From Calditrichia bacterium (GTDB lineage: Bacteria; Calditrichota; Calditrichia; JAJRVZ01), in assembly GCA_963796965.1 (NCBI GenBank), contig CAWCNS010000016.1:192001-256000 (forward strand): DNA of 64,000 nt, read 5' to 3'. Below the pieces are notes generated by a model. The model was given only the letters and a program-made list of their open reading frames with translations, did no database searches and was not told the DNA's origin. How positions within the stretch are numbered: the first letter of the stretch is position 1; every line of letters begins with the position of its first letter. Both the position numbers and the translations under genes were made by a program. This document shows, piece by piece, positions 30,160-39,884 of this stretch.

Positions 30160-31676
30160 GACGAGGTGGTCATTTCAATTGAGAATTGTTTGACACAGTT
30201 ACGCCCAGCATGCTTGGCAGCATACAATGCTGTATCTGCCTTATAGATAAGATCTGTTGAGTCTTCTGCATCGATAGGCAAAGATGCGGTTCCAACACTG
30301 ACTGAAATCCTGTTCAGAGGTTGTACATCTTCATCAGGGAAGATGGCATCAGCCACATGAGCACGGATACGCTCAGCGAGTATGATGACACCATCGCGTC
30401 CGACACTGGGCAGGATGACGGCAAACTCTTCCCCACCATATCGGGCGACGATATCATTTTCACGTACCGTATCTTTTAAAATATTAGCTAATTGTTTTAA
30501 GACTAAATCACCAGCCTGATGCCCAAGGGTATCATTGTAATTTTTAAAATGATCGACATCGAGAATAATTAGAGAAACACCTTGTTTATTTCTGGTATGT
30601 CTTAGGATCTCTTCTTTAAGTCTCATCTCAAAATAGCGAAAATTATGTAAATCTGTCATACCATCCGTATAGGAAAGCTGAATGACTTCGTCATACAATG
30701 AAGCATTTGATAATGCTGTCGAAACAATATTATTGATTGTTAATAGAATTTCAAGTTCATTCTTTTGATAGGGTTTTTCATTTACCCGCGACCCTAAACA
30801 TATAAGCGCATCTTCCTGATCCCGGACTGTTGTAATGGGAGAAATCAATTCAATGTTGATTTCCGCCAAAGCAGAAGTACCCGAGGACTTCAGGACATAT
30901 TTAGGTAATTTTGTAATAAATTGTGGCGATTGGTTCTTATGCAAATATGAGATGAGTTCGTCACTTTTTTCAATGGTTAAATCCTCTACATCAGCTTTAT
31001 AAAGTCCCTTTGAGTTCAGAACAGAGAGACGCTGTTCATTCTTTTTTGCAGGGTATAAAAATACAGCGCTTTTACAGCTAAATTTTCCGATGAGCGAAAG
31101 CAAAGTTGAGTTTATCAGACGATCTACATCAAGAATAGCATGCAATTCGAGAGAAACATCAAATATATTTCTGAGGTCATAGATTTTCTTTCTTAATTCT
31201 TTATTTTTATCGACAAGATTCTGATTGAGATCATAAATCTGCTTGTTTGCATTTTCAAGCTCGTGGGATTCTTGGCGCAGGTTGTCACTTAGTTGTTTGA
31301 ATCGTAGCGCCGAGTTGATACGTGCAATGAGTTCCTCAAAACTAAACGGTTTAATGATGTAATCATCTGCACCAACCTCAAGCCCCTGGATGACATCTTT
31401 AATCTCACTTTTTGCTGTCAACATCAAGATGGGAATGTATTCATCTAGCCGGCCATTTAGTCGGATTTCTTTTGCGACTTCAATTCCCGAAATACCTGGC
31501 AACATTACATCAAGTAGAATAACATCCGGTTTGGACTGATAATACTTTTTAAGCGCAATTTCACCGCTCATTGCCTCTTCAATCTCGAAGCCCTGTTCAC
31601 GCAAAAACTTGCTTAATACCTGTAGCATTTCCTGATGATCATCGACAATTAGGACCCGGAAAGACGTCTTTTCCAA
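30156..31676 (-). CDS. Response-regulator diguanylate cyclase (REC-coiled coil-GAF-like-GGDEF)
   Basis: REC LLDVMLP; DVDHFKNYNDTLGHQAGD; RENDIVARYGGEEF (RxxD I-site plus GGEEF). Confidence 0.9.
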   Translation of the reverse strand: MEKTSFRVLIVDDHQEMLQVLSKFLREQGFEIEEAMSGEIALKKYYQSKPDVILLDVMLPGISGIEVAKEIRLNGRLDEYIPILMLTAKSEIKDVIQGLEVGADDYIIKPFSFEELIARINSALRFKQLSDNLRQESHELENANKQIYDLNQNLVDKNKELRKKIYDLRNIFDVSLELHAILDVDRLINSTLLSLIGKFSCKSAVFLYPAKKNEQRLSVLNSKGLYKADVEDLTIEKSDELISYLHKNQSPQFITKLPKYVLKSSGTSALAEINIELISPITTVRDQEDALICLGSRVNEKPYQKNELEILLTINNIVSTALSNASLYDEVIQLSYTDGMTDLHNFRYFEMRLKEEILRHTRNKQGVSLIILDVDHFKNYNDTLGHQAGDLVLKQLANILKDTVRENDIVARYGGEEFAVILPSVGRDGVIILAERIRAHVADAIFPDEDVQPLNRISVSVGTASLPIDAEDSTDLIYKADTALYAAKHAGRNCVKQFSIEMTTSS

Positions 31677-31987
31677 TTCAGAACCTTCTTTAATATTTTA
31701 GTCTTGTGGATTGATATATGCGAGACAAATCGTTAATTTTCTAAAATTAACAAAAATGATATATTAATACAAGCAATAACCTTAGGTATAAATTGAAACA
31801 AAGTAATATACATTACTATCGACAGGAGCAGGTTTGCAATAAGAGTCGTGAGTAAGTGCTCAATAAGTGAAACATTTTTATTCTTACCGGGTTAAATTAG
31901 ATCTGAAGGATAAAAATCATATATATTTAATGAAATCTCATCCATGGTTGACTCAAATGATATAAGAAATTAAGACAGGATATAAAT

Positions 31988-32431
31988 ATGAAGAAGTACA
32001 ACAAAATATTTGGTTTTACCTTTTATCTGATTATTGTTCTCGGTATAAGTTTATTTTATGCGATAGCCTGTAACACAAATTCAACGGAACCGGAAAAGGA
32101 AATATCGCTACCGGATAGTAATCTGAATTATATCGAACATATCCAGCCGTTATTAATAACAAAATGTGGCAGTAGAAATGGTTGCCACGGTAGTTTCGAA
32201 CCTGCTCGTGGTTTAGATCTGACAGATTACCAGCTTATGATTTCTCATATAGCTGCCGGGAACCAGCAGTTGATTATCCCAGGTAGTTCCGAGGTGAGTT
32301 TTCTATACAATATTCTGCAAGGACAAGTTTTGAATGTTCCAAGAATGCCATTGTATGAACCCAAACTTGAAGCAAAGTATATTCAGGGTATCAAGCAATG
32401 GATTGATGAGGGGGCAGAAGAATTTCCCTAA
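31988..32431 (+). CDS. Lipoprotein with c-type cytochrome-like domain
   Basis: Lipobox AIAC, KCGSRNGCHG, GLDL, IIPG.SE.S.L, RMP, IKQWIDEGA. Confidence 0.65.
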   Translation: MKKYNKIFGFTFYLIIVLGISLFYAIACNTNSTEPEKEISLPDSNLNYIEHIQPLLITKCGSRNGCHGSFEPARGLDLTDYQLMISHIAAGNQQLIIPGSSEVSFLYNILQGQVLNVPRMPLYEPKLEAKYIQGIKQWIDEGAEEFP

Positions 32432-32541
32432 ATCAAAAATGTACAATTATTGCTCACTTTACCATTTTCTATTTTGATGATTATCATTAGGGGGTATTTG
32501 TAAGGCCAATATTAACAATGATTTATGGAAATATATATTTT

Positions 32542-32558
32542 TTGGCACCGTAATTGCA
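32542..32558 (+). promoter_or_regulatory. Near-consensus sigma54 promoter
   Basis: TTGGCACCGTAATTGCA (TGGCAC-N5-TTGCA). Confidence 0.85.
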
Positions 32559-32568
32559 TTATTTAAAA

Positions 32569-32634
32569 GCGAGCACCTAAATTCCTCTTTTGTTCCTCAC
32601 CAAAATGCCTCCTCCTGGAGGCATTTTTCTTTTT
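32569..32634 (+). ncRNA. Candidate sigma54-dependent small RNA, about 66 nt
   Basis: Starts 12 nt after the -12 GC, has no credible ORF or SD, and ends in an 11-bp hairpin plus U-tract; repeated UUCCUC motifs. Confidence 0.6.
32602..32634 (+). terminator. Rho-independent terminator of the candidate sRNA
   Basis: AAAATGCCTCC-tcct-GGAGGCATTTTTCTTTTT. Confidence 0.85.
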
Positions 32635-32842
32635 ATCTCATTTATGTTTTGATGATAAATAGATTTTTTTGCTGTCTCTTGCTGCACATCGTTACCCGTA
32701 CTCCGAAAAGATGAATTTGAAGTCTGTTTTTGATATGAATTTTTGTATTTTTTAAGTACTTTTAAACCTGTTCTGAATAGATCTAAATCCTAAATAAAGA
32801 ACATCGAAATCTCATTTCATTCAGATAGTGTAGGAGAAATTT

Positions 32843-33814
32843 ATGCAATTCCACATACCAGATTCACTGGGTTTTACAAATGTACCTACTCCGATCGTCA
32901 AACTTAATGCCCCGGGTGGATACAACCTGTGGCTAAAAAGAGATGACATGACAGGACTGGAGTTAAGTGGGAATAAGATACGAAAATTGGATTTTTTGGT
33001 TAATGAAGCAATTGAAGACAACGCTGATGGAATTATCACATGTGGTGGCTTACAATCGAACCACTGCCGTGCTGCAGCCTATTTATCTCAAAAATTGGGG
33101 CTCGAATGCATCTTGTATCTTCGTGGTGTCCCTGAGGATCTGGCGACGGGCAATCATTTTCTTAATCTCCTAACCAATGCTATCATACATTATGTTTCGG
33201 CGGAAGAATATCAGGAAATTGATGGCATGATGGAAATGGATTCGAGAAATCAAGCAAAAAGAGGTAAAAAGTTTTATGTTATCCCGGAAGGTGGATCCAA
33301 TGCAACAGGAGCCATGGGATATTGTCAGTGTTTTTATGAAATATTAGATCAGATAAAACACCAACAGCTGCCCGTGGAGGCCATAGCAGTTGCTACGGGG
33401 TCGGGAGGTACCCATGCCGGCCTTCTTGCCGGTAAATTTTTAAACAATAGTAAGATAGATATATTCTCAGTTAATGTTTGCGATGATGCATCATATTTCA
33501 GAAAAAAAATCATCTCGATTATTACAGATTTTGACAAAAAGTATAAGACGAATATTGTCCTTGAAGAAAAAGATATTCATATTATTGATGGATATGTTGG
33601 TGGCGGTTATGGTGAGATAGGCAAAGAAGAAGTCGATCTGATAAAAAGAATTATACGACAGGAGGGTATCATTCTTGATCCGGTATACACAGCAAAAGCT
33701 TATCTTGGTTTAGAACATCAAATGAAAATAAATAATTTAAAATATAGGAATATTCTGTTTATTCATACAGGGGGTGTTTTTGGACTATTTCCTTATGCAA
33801 AAAATTTTGCTTAA
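32843..33814 (+). CDS. D-cysteine desulfhydrase/ACC deaminase family PLP enzyme
   Basis: KRDD.TG..LSGNKIRKL, GGLQSNH, IPEGGSN, GSGGT.AG, LDPVYTAK, IHTGG. Confidence 0.9.
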   Translation: MQFHIPDSLGFTNVPTPIVKLNAPGGYNLWLKRDDMTGLELSGNKIRKLDFLVNEAIEDNADGIITCGGLQSNHCRAAAYLSQKLGLECILYLRGVPEDLATGNHFLNLLTNAIIHYVSAEEYQEIDGMMEMDSRNQAKRGKKFYVIPEGGSNATGAMGYCQCFYEILDQIKHQQLPVEAIAVATGSGGTHAGLLAGKFLNNSKIDIFSVNVCDDASYFRKKIISIITDFDKKYKTNIVLEEKDIHIIDGYVGGGYGEIGKEEVDLIKRIIRQEGIILDPVYTAKAYLGLEHQMKINNLKYRNILFIHTGGVFGLFPYAKNFA

Positions 33815-33908
33815 TTCGTTATTTGGAATTTATAACTTTGGTATATCACATTAGCTCACATGAATTAATCAGATTAGAATATGAATAGCAAAATTCCTGG
33901 TTATAAAA

Positions 33909-34682
33909 ATGACAGATGACTTAAAAGCAAGAACTAAATTTCGTTGGATGTGGGTGATTTATATTCCAATTGGGATGGTTTTACTCATCCCAGCCCTCTA
34001 CCTGTATATTCTCATCACGATGCCTGATGTGAGTGTACTAAAGAACTCAAATCCAGAAACAACAGCGCTTATTGAAGCACGAAAAATAACAGCGCAGGAG
34101 GAAGGAAAAAAGTATAAAGTCAGACAATACTGGGTCACCTTTGAACAAATTCCGGTTTTGCTAAAAAAGGCGGTACGTATTAGTGAAGATGCAGGTTTCT
34201 ATTTACACGATGGTATCGATGTTGAAGAGTTGGAAGAATCTATCAAAAAAAATTGGAAAGAAGGGCGTTTTGCCCGCGGTGGTAGTACGATTACCCAGCA
34301 ATTGGCAAAAAATATATATTTAAACACTGAAAAATCTATCTGGCGCAAAATTCGGGAGTTTTTCATTGCAAGAGAACTGGAAGATGTCCTATCTAAGAAC
34401 CGTATATTTCACTTATATTTAAATTTAATCGAGTTCGGACCTGGTATCTTTGGGGTGGAGGCCGCCTCCCGATATTATTTTCGAAAACCTGTATCATTGT
34501 TGTCAGAGGATGAGATGATTCGACTCGCATCTATAATACCACGACCTCTGATTTCACGGCCCGATAAGAATTCAAAGTGGTTATTATGGCGGTGTCGCTG
34601 GATAACGGGAAAACTTTATCTTTATAAATATATTGAAAAAACTGAGCATGATTATCTGCTTAATCTCTTTAGTCCTCAATGA
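33909..34682 (+). CDS. mtgA: Monofunctional peptidoglycan transglycosylase
   Basis: SEDAGFYLHDGID, RGGSTITQQLAKN, RKIRE, LYLN.IEFG.GIFGVEAA. Confidence 0.9.
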   Translation: MTDDLKARTKFRWMWVIYIPIGMVLLIPALYLYILITMPDVSVLKNSNPETTALIEARKITAQEEGKKYKVRQYWVTFEQIPVLLKKAVRISEDAGFYLHDGIDVEELEESIKKNWKEGRFARGGSTITQQLAKNIYLNTEKSIWRKIREFFIARELEDVLSKNRIFHLYLNLIEFGPGIFGVEAASRYYFRKPVSLLSEDEMIRLASIIPRPLISRPDKNSKWLLWRCRWITGKLYLYKYIEKTEHDYLLNLFSPQ

Positions 34683-36609
34683 CCTTTTTACCATATAATC
34701 TAACCACGCCAATACAAAGAATGATGCCGATTGGTAGCAATATCCAGGGACTTACCCCAAATCCAATGGGAAGATAGCCAACCAGAATACTAAGAAATCC
34801 CCCAAGCAGGGCATAGGGGATCTGTGTCCTAACGTGATCAATATGATCGGCGCCACTGGCCATAGAGGACATAATTGTTGTGTCGGATATGGGTGAACAG
34901 TGATCTCCAAACGTAGCGCCTGCAAGTACGGAAGCGATGGTGCTCAATAAAATCCCTTCTTGTTGTAGTAGTGATATTGCCGGGTCCGATTGGGGAACGA
35001 GGTGGGCAATAGGGATTATTATTGGCATTAGAATGGCCATTACACCCCATGATGTTCCAGTGGCAAAACTGATCAGGGCTGCAATAAGAAAAGACAAAAT
35101 GGGAATAAAGTAGGGCGATAAAAATCCCTCACTTATGTGAATGATATAATCAGCTGTGTTCAAATCCTGGCAAATATTACCGATTGACCAGGCCATGGTT
35201 AATATCAGAGCTGCCAGGACCATCGCTTTTACACCACCAACCCAAGCCAGAATTGATTTATCCAGGGACATTAATTTTTGACTCATTGCCAATATGATTG
35301 CTGTAATACTGCCAAAAAGCGAGGCCCACATCAGAACCGAATAAGAATCAGACGCGCCAATAACCAAACTTACATATTGAACAAACCCCAATGATTCTAA
35401 ATTTACCCCTTCCCCTGTTAACGAAGAATATCCTGTGAACCATAAACCCAATAAGGTTGTTATCATGACAACAACGATAGGGATAAAACCATTATACCAT
35501 CTCTTATCCGTTTCCTCGTCAACAACAATTTCACTGCTGTCAAGACTAGATACAGGTGTTGCATTGGGTGCAAGGACCTGACCTGTTTGGTAACTTCGAC
35601 GTTCCGCTCTAAGCATCGGTCCAAAATCACGGCCGGTGATTGCAATTGAGATTCCAATTACCAGGGCAAAAATGGGATAAAAATTGTAGGGTATCGTCTG
35701 GAAAAACACAAGATAGGGATTGTCTGTAATTCCAAGAGATTCAAATGAATTCCCGATTAAACCAATTTCAAACCCTATCCAGGTGGATATTATCGCGATG
35801 TTCGCCACGGGAGCAGCAGTAGAATCTACAAGATAAGAAAGTTTTTCACGACTGATCCGAAGTTTATCTGTGAGAGGACGCATCGTATTTCCAACAATTA
35901 GGGTATTCGCGTAATCATCAAAAAATATAAATATGCCCATGAGCCAGGTAACGACCTGACCACGTCGGGGTGTTGAGGCCTTTAATGCTAATTTCTCAAC
36001 GATTCCCTGCATGCCACCCATTTTTGAGATGACCCCAACCATCCCACCAAGCGTAAGACTAAAAACGATAATGGCCATTTTATCCGGATCAGCTGCTGCC
36101 ACACCGATATAATCTGTTAAGGCATATAAAAGTCCTGCAAAGGGATTATAATCATAAATGAGGGCGGCTCCGAGCCAAATACCTAAAAATAGTGCAACCA
36201 ATACCTGCCTTGCAATCAGCGCCAATACGATAGCAAACAAAGCGGGAAGAATACTCGTCCAACCTGGAATAACCCTGAGGTCGGATTGCCAGTTTATACC
36301 CTCGAACTTTATGGTTCTCCATCCACTCTCAGGAAATACTGCTGTAGGAATCACACTCGTACCTGCATGAAAATCCAATGTGGATAATTTGTCAATCTGT
36401 CCATTCTGAATATGCGATAGACCCCTTACCTGCAAAGTGGTATCAATAGTAACTCTCTCTGCATTTTGATCTATAAGTGAAAGTTGTATCTCTACTGGGA
36501 TGTTAGCCAGAATTACTTTTGGTGATTGTAATTTTAGTGAAAGTTCCTCTCCAAAGAGCGGGAGAACAAAGATACATGTCGTCATTAGGGTAATAAAAAT
36601 AAGTTTCAT
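34669..36609 (-). CDS. NhaC-family Na+/H+ antiporter-like transporter with N-terminal soluble domain
   Basis: FFDDYAN, SREKLSYLVDSTAAP, FATGTSWG, FGDHCSPISDTTIMSS. Confidence 0.88.
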   Translation of the reverse strand: MKLIFITLMTTCIFVLPLFGEELSLKLQSPKVILANIPVEIQLSLIDQNAERVTIDTTLQVRGLSHIQNGQIDKLSTLDFHAGTSVIPTAVFPESGWRTIKFEGINWQSDLRVIPGWTSILPALFAIVLALIARQVLVALFLGIWLGAALIYDYNPFAGLLYALTDYIGVAAADPDKMAIIVFSLTLGGMVGVISKMGGMQGIVEKLALKASTPRRGQVVTWLMGIFIFFDDYANTLIVGNTMRPLTDKLRISREKLSYLVDSTAAPVANIAIISTWIGFEIGLIGNSFESLGITDNPYLVFFQTIPYNFYPIFALVIGISIAITGRDFGPMLRAERRSYQTGQVLAPNATPVSSLDSSEIVVDEETDKRWYNGFIPIVVVMITTLLGLWFTGYSSLTGEGVNLESLGFVQYVSLVIGASDSYSVLMWASLFGSITAIILAMSQKLMSLDKSILAWVGGVKAMVLAALILTMAWSIGNICQDLNTADYIIHISEGFLSPYFIPILSFLIAALISFATGTSWGVMAILMPIIIPIAHLVPQSDPAISLLQQEGILLSTIASVLAGATFGDHCSPISDTTIMSSMASGADHIDHVRTQIPYALLGGFLSILVGYLPIGFGVSPWILLPIGIILCIGVVRLYGKKVIED

Positions 36610-36668
36610 GGATACCTTTCTTATAGATCGATAAAAAAGGTAGTTTATGTGGGAATTAAAGTAAAGAA

Positions 36669-36695
36669 TAAATTGTCATTTAAAATGACAATTTA
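36669..36695. promoter_or_regulatory. Perfect 27-bp palindrome, candidate operator
   Basis: TAAATTGTCATTT-A-AAATGACAATTTA, 60 bp upstream of the NhaC-family gene. Confidence 0.55.
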
Positions 36696-37000
36696 CAGTC
36701 CCTTCACGGTGGTATTTCGGTAATTTAAATGTTTTTTTCAAAGTCTCTAAATTGGTTCTCTTTAGTTGTCTTGGTGGTTAGCCCGTTTTCAATATAAATC
36801 ATGTCTATAGAATTATAAAAATTGGTACTTACAGGGGAACCTTTAATTGATTATCAGAGTAAGGAATAAAAAAGGTCATGTCTGAATTTTTATAGTTAAA
36901 TGGACGATAGAAATTTTGATACAACTAAACAAAAAACAAATAATTATCGATCCTTGATTTGAAAATGCAATATATTTAAATTGAAATTTTGGGAGTTGTT

Positions 37001-38287
37001 ATGAGAAGAATAATTATACTACTGTTTCTCTTACTTATTATTTCGAGTCTTTTTGCGCAGATGCAAGGCAAGAGACCCACACCTTATGGTTTTGATGTTA
37101 ATGTAAAGCCACCAATTTATTATGATCTTTATTTTTCCATTAATCCGGAGAATCTTCAACCTCAGATCAATTTTATGTTAAATATTCAATACGATCTATT
37201 ATTCTTCACCCGGACTGACAGTGGCTACACCAGTGGTTATAATATTTCATTATTTATTAAAAATATCGAAACTGAGGAGATCGTTTACTCTCATCTTTGG
37301 AAGGAGAAGGTTCACGAGGAAAACTTTAAGATCACAAACTCACGAACTCATTATCATCTAAATTCTAAAATATTTCCTGCTGATTTTTCTCAAGGAAAAT
37401 ATGTGTTAACTTTGGAATTGACTGATGAAACATCACGAGACGGATTTAAAAGTAAAAGAGCGCTTGAAATTCCAGACTTGAACGCAGATAGTTTTACTTC
37501 GCAGATAGTGTTTATTACAAAAGATAAAAGTCGTTCAGCAGAAATTGTGGTTGGTGAGAATCAAACAACTCTTGAATTTAACGAAGATATTTATCCATAC
37601 TTTGAAACCATTCTTCCAGATCCCGGTCGTGCAACCTTAACTTCAGAATTATTTCGTGTTGAAGAAGAAGAGAAATCATTAATCAAGAGCGAACAGTATG
37701 ATTTAGATTTTAAGGGAAATCACGCGCGTCATTCAGAGGTTATTAAAAGGAAAAACCTTCAAGAGGGCGATTACCTCCTAAAGTATCAATTAAAAGCTGG
37801 TGATTTTTCAAAAGTAATAGAAAAAAAGTTTATTGTTGTCTGGTACAGAAAACCAATTTTTCTCTATGACCGGGAGATGGCTCTTTTACCCATGCGATAT
37901 ATACTACCTGAGGATGAGTGGCAAAAAGTTGGCGATTATTCGGATGATGAGCAGGATGAGTGGTTTAAGAAATTTTGGGAGGACAAAGATCCTGATCCGG
38001 AAACACCATTAAATGAGGTACAAATTGAATTTTATCACCGTGTTTCCTCTGCGAATAAAAAATTCCGTGCCGAAGACTATGAAGGTTGGGATACGGATAG
38101 AGGCAAATCCCTCATACTTTATGGTGAACCGGACAGGGTGGATTCGCAGCATTATCTGGATAATTCGCAACCTTATGAAATTTGGTATTATGAATCAAAG
38201 AACAAAAAATTGATCTTTGTCGATGCAGATGAAGATAAATCGTTTCGTCTTGTAAGTGTCGAGGAAATTGGAGAAAAAAATGAATAA
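37001..38287 (+). CDS. GWxTD domain-containing exported protein
   Basis: Signal peptide; FW...DPDP.TP.NE, EGWDTDRG...ILYGEPD, YEIWYY. Confidence 0.85.
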   Translation: MRRIIILLFLLLIISSLFAQMQGKRPTPYGFDVNVKPPIYYDLYFSINPENLQPQINFMLNIQYDLLFFTRTDSGYTSGYNISLFIKNIETEEIVYSHLWKEKVHEENFKITNSRTHYHLNSKIFPADFSQGKYVLTLELTDETSRDGFKSKRALEIPDLNADSFTSQIVFITKDKSRSAEIVVGENQTTLEFNEDIYPYFETILPDPGRATLTSELFRVEEEEKSLIKSEQYDLDFKGNHARHSEVIKRKNLQEGDYLLKYQLKAGDFSKVIEKKFIVVWYRKPIFLYDREMALLPMRYILPEDEWQKVGDYSDDEQDEWFKKFWEDKDPDPETPLNEVQIEFYHRVSSANKKFRAEDYEGWDTDRGKSLILYGEPDRVDSQHYLDNSQPYEIWYYESKNKKLIFVDADEDKSFRLVSVEEIGEKNE

Positions 38288-39300
38288 AACGTCTGTTGGC
38301 GTTATTGGAGTTGGTCATCTTGGTAAAATCCATGCAAAACTCTATCAGCAGGTAGAACCGGCGCATTTGGAAGGTATTTACGATACCGATCATGATAAAG
38401 CTGATAAAATTGCAGGTGAGTTAAATATTAAGGCTTATAACGATTGTGATGAGCTCCTGGAAAAAGTAGAAGCTGTAAATATCGTTACACCAACCTCGAC
38501 TCATTTTGAAATGGCCGAACGTGCTCTGGAAAAAGATTGTCATCTTTTTATAGAGAAGCCGATAATGGCTACAGAAGAAGAGGCCAATAAAATTATTCTA
38601 AAAGCAAAGGAAAAGAATAAAATTATTCAAGTTGGCCATATTGAAAGATTTAATCCGGCAGTATTGGCCATGTCCGATGTACCAATGAATCCGGTATTCA
38701 TTGAATCTCATCGTCTTGCCTCCTTTAATCCGCGGGGAACGGATGTCGCCGTTATTCTTGATCTGATGATCCACGATTTGGATTTAATATTGTCATTGGT
38801 CAAAAGTAAACCCGTACAGATCGATGCGAGTGGTGTGGGTGTGATCTCAAATACAATCGATATTGCAAATGCAAGGATTCAGTTCGAATCTGGATGCGTC
38901 GCAAATGTAACCGCAAGTAGGATCTCGACCAAAAAAATGCGTAAAATGAGAATATTTCAAAATAATGGATATATCTCGGTTGATTTTATCGAAGGATTTT
39001 CTGAGATCTATTATATAGATGATAAAAATGTATCACAGTTTAAGGATGGAACCCTGGCGTTTTCGCTTGGCCAGATCGAATGCAGGAGACAACCGTAAAG
39101 ATATAAAATACAATAAGTTACAACGATCTGATGTTAATCCGTTAAAGTATGAGTTATCTGGATTTATCGAGAGTATTCAGACAGGTGTTTCTCCCCTGGT
39201 CAGTGGGGAAGATGGTTTTGCTGCTTTGCAATTAGCGAATAAAGTTCTTGAAAAAATTGCCGAGCATACCCGTATAGTTAAGAGGGAGAAAGCTAATTGA
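38280..39300 (+). CDS. Gfo/Idh/MocA oxidoreductase (GnnA-like); apparent frameshift near 39080
   Basis: GVIGVGHLG, IEKP, QVGHIERFNPA, DVAVILDLMIHDLD; C-terminus PLKYEL...VSGEDG in another frame. Confidence 0.8.
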
Positions 39301-39871
39301 CCTTTGGAAAATTTCTTTTTGAATATCGTGGGTATGCACCTATTCCATTCTATATTCTTGCCGTAATTTTTGCAAATCCTCGTGAAGACCTAATTGTCTT
39401 AGGCTTGATATTAATGGCAATTGGAGAATTATTACGTTTTATTGCTTCAAGTTATTTAGGGATTTCTTCACGCTCCACCCTCCTTGAGTCAAAAGAATTG
39501 GTGACAAACGGTCCCTTTGCCTATGTTCGTAATCCAATCTATTTTGGAAATCTATTACTTTATATGGGCGCAAGCATTTTATCAGGCGCATATTTACCTT
39601 ATTTGCTGTATCTGACGATCATTTTTTTTGCTATATTTTATGCATTTATAGTTAAATATGAAGAGTCGTTTCTCGGGGACACTTTTGCAGCAAATACGAA
39701 TCCTATTTGATCAATGTACCAAGGTTTTTTCCACGCCTTTCTGCTTACCCTGAAGGGGGAAGCACTAAACCAAATTTTTCTGAAGGTCTAAATGCCGAAA
39801 AATCGACACTTATGACCATCATTAGTTTTATTGTGTTCGTCTTGATAAGTTGGTATATCAAAAGTTTATAG
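39297..39871 (+). CDS. Isoprenylcysteine carboxyl methyltransferase-family membrane protein; apparent frameshift near 39690
   Basis: LVTNGPFAYVRNPIYFG, EE.FL, then YESYLINVPRFFPRL in a shifted frame. Confidence 0.75.
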
Positions 39872-39884
39872 AAAGACAGAATAA

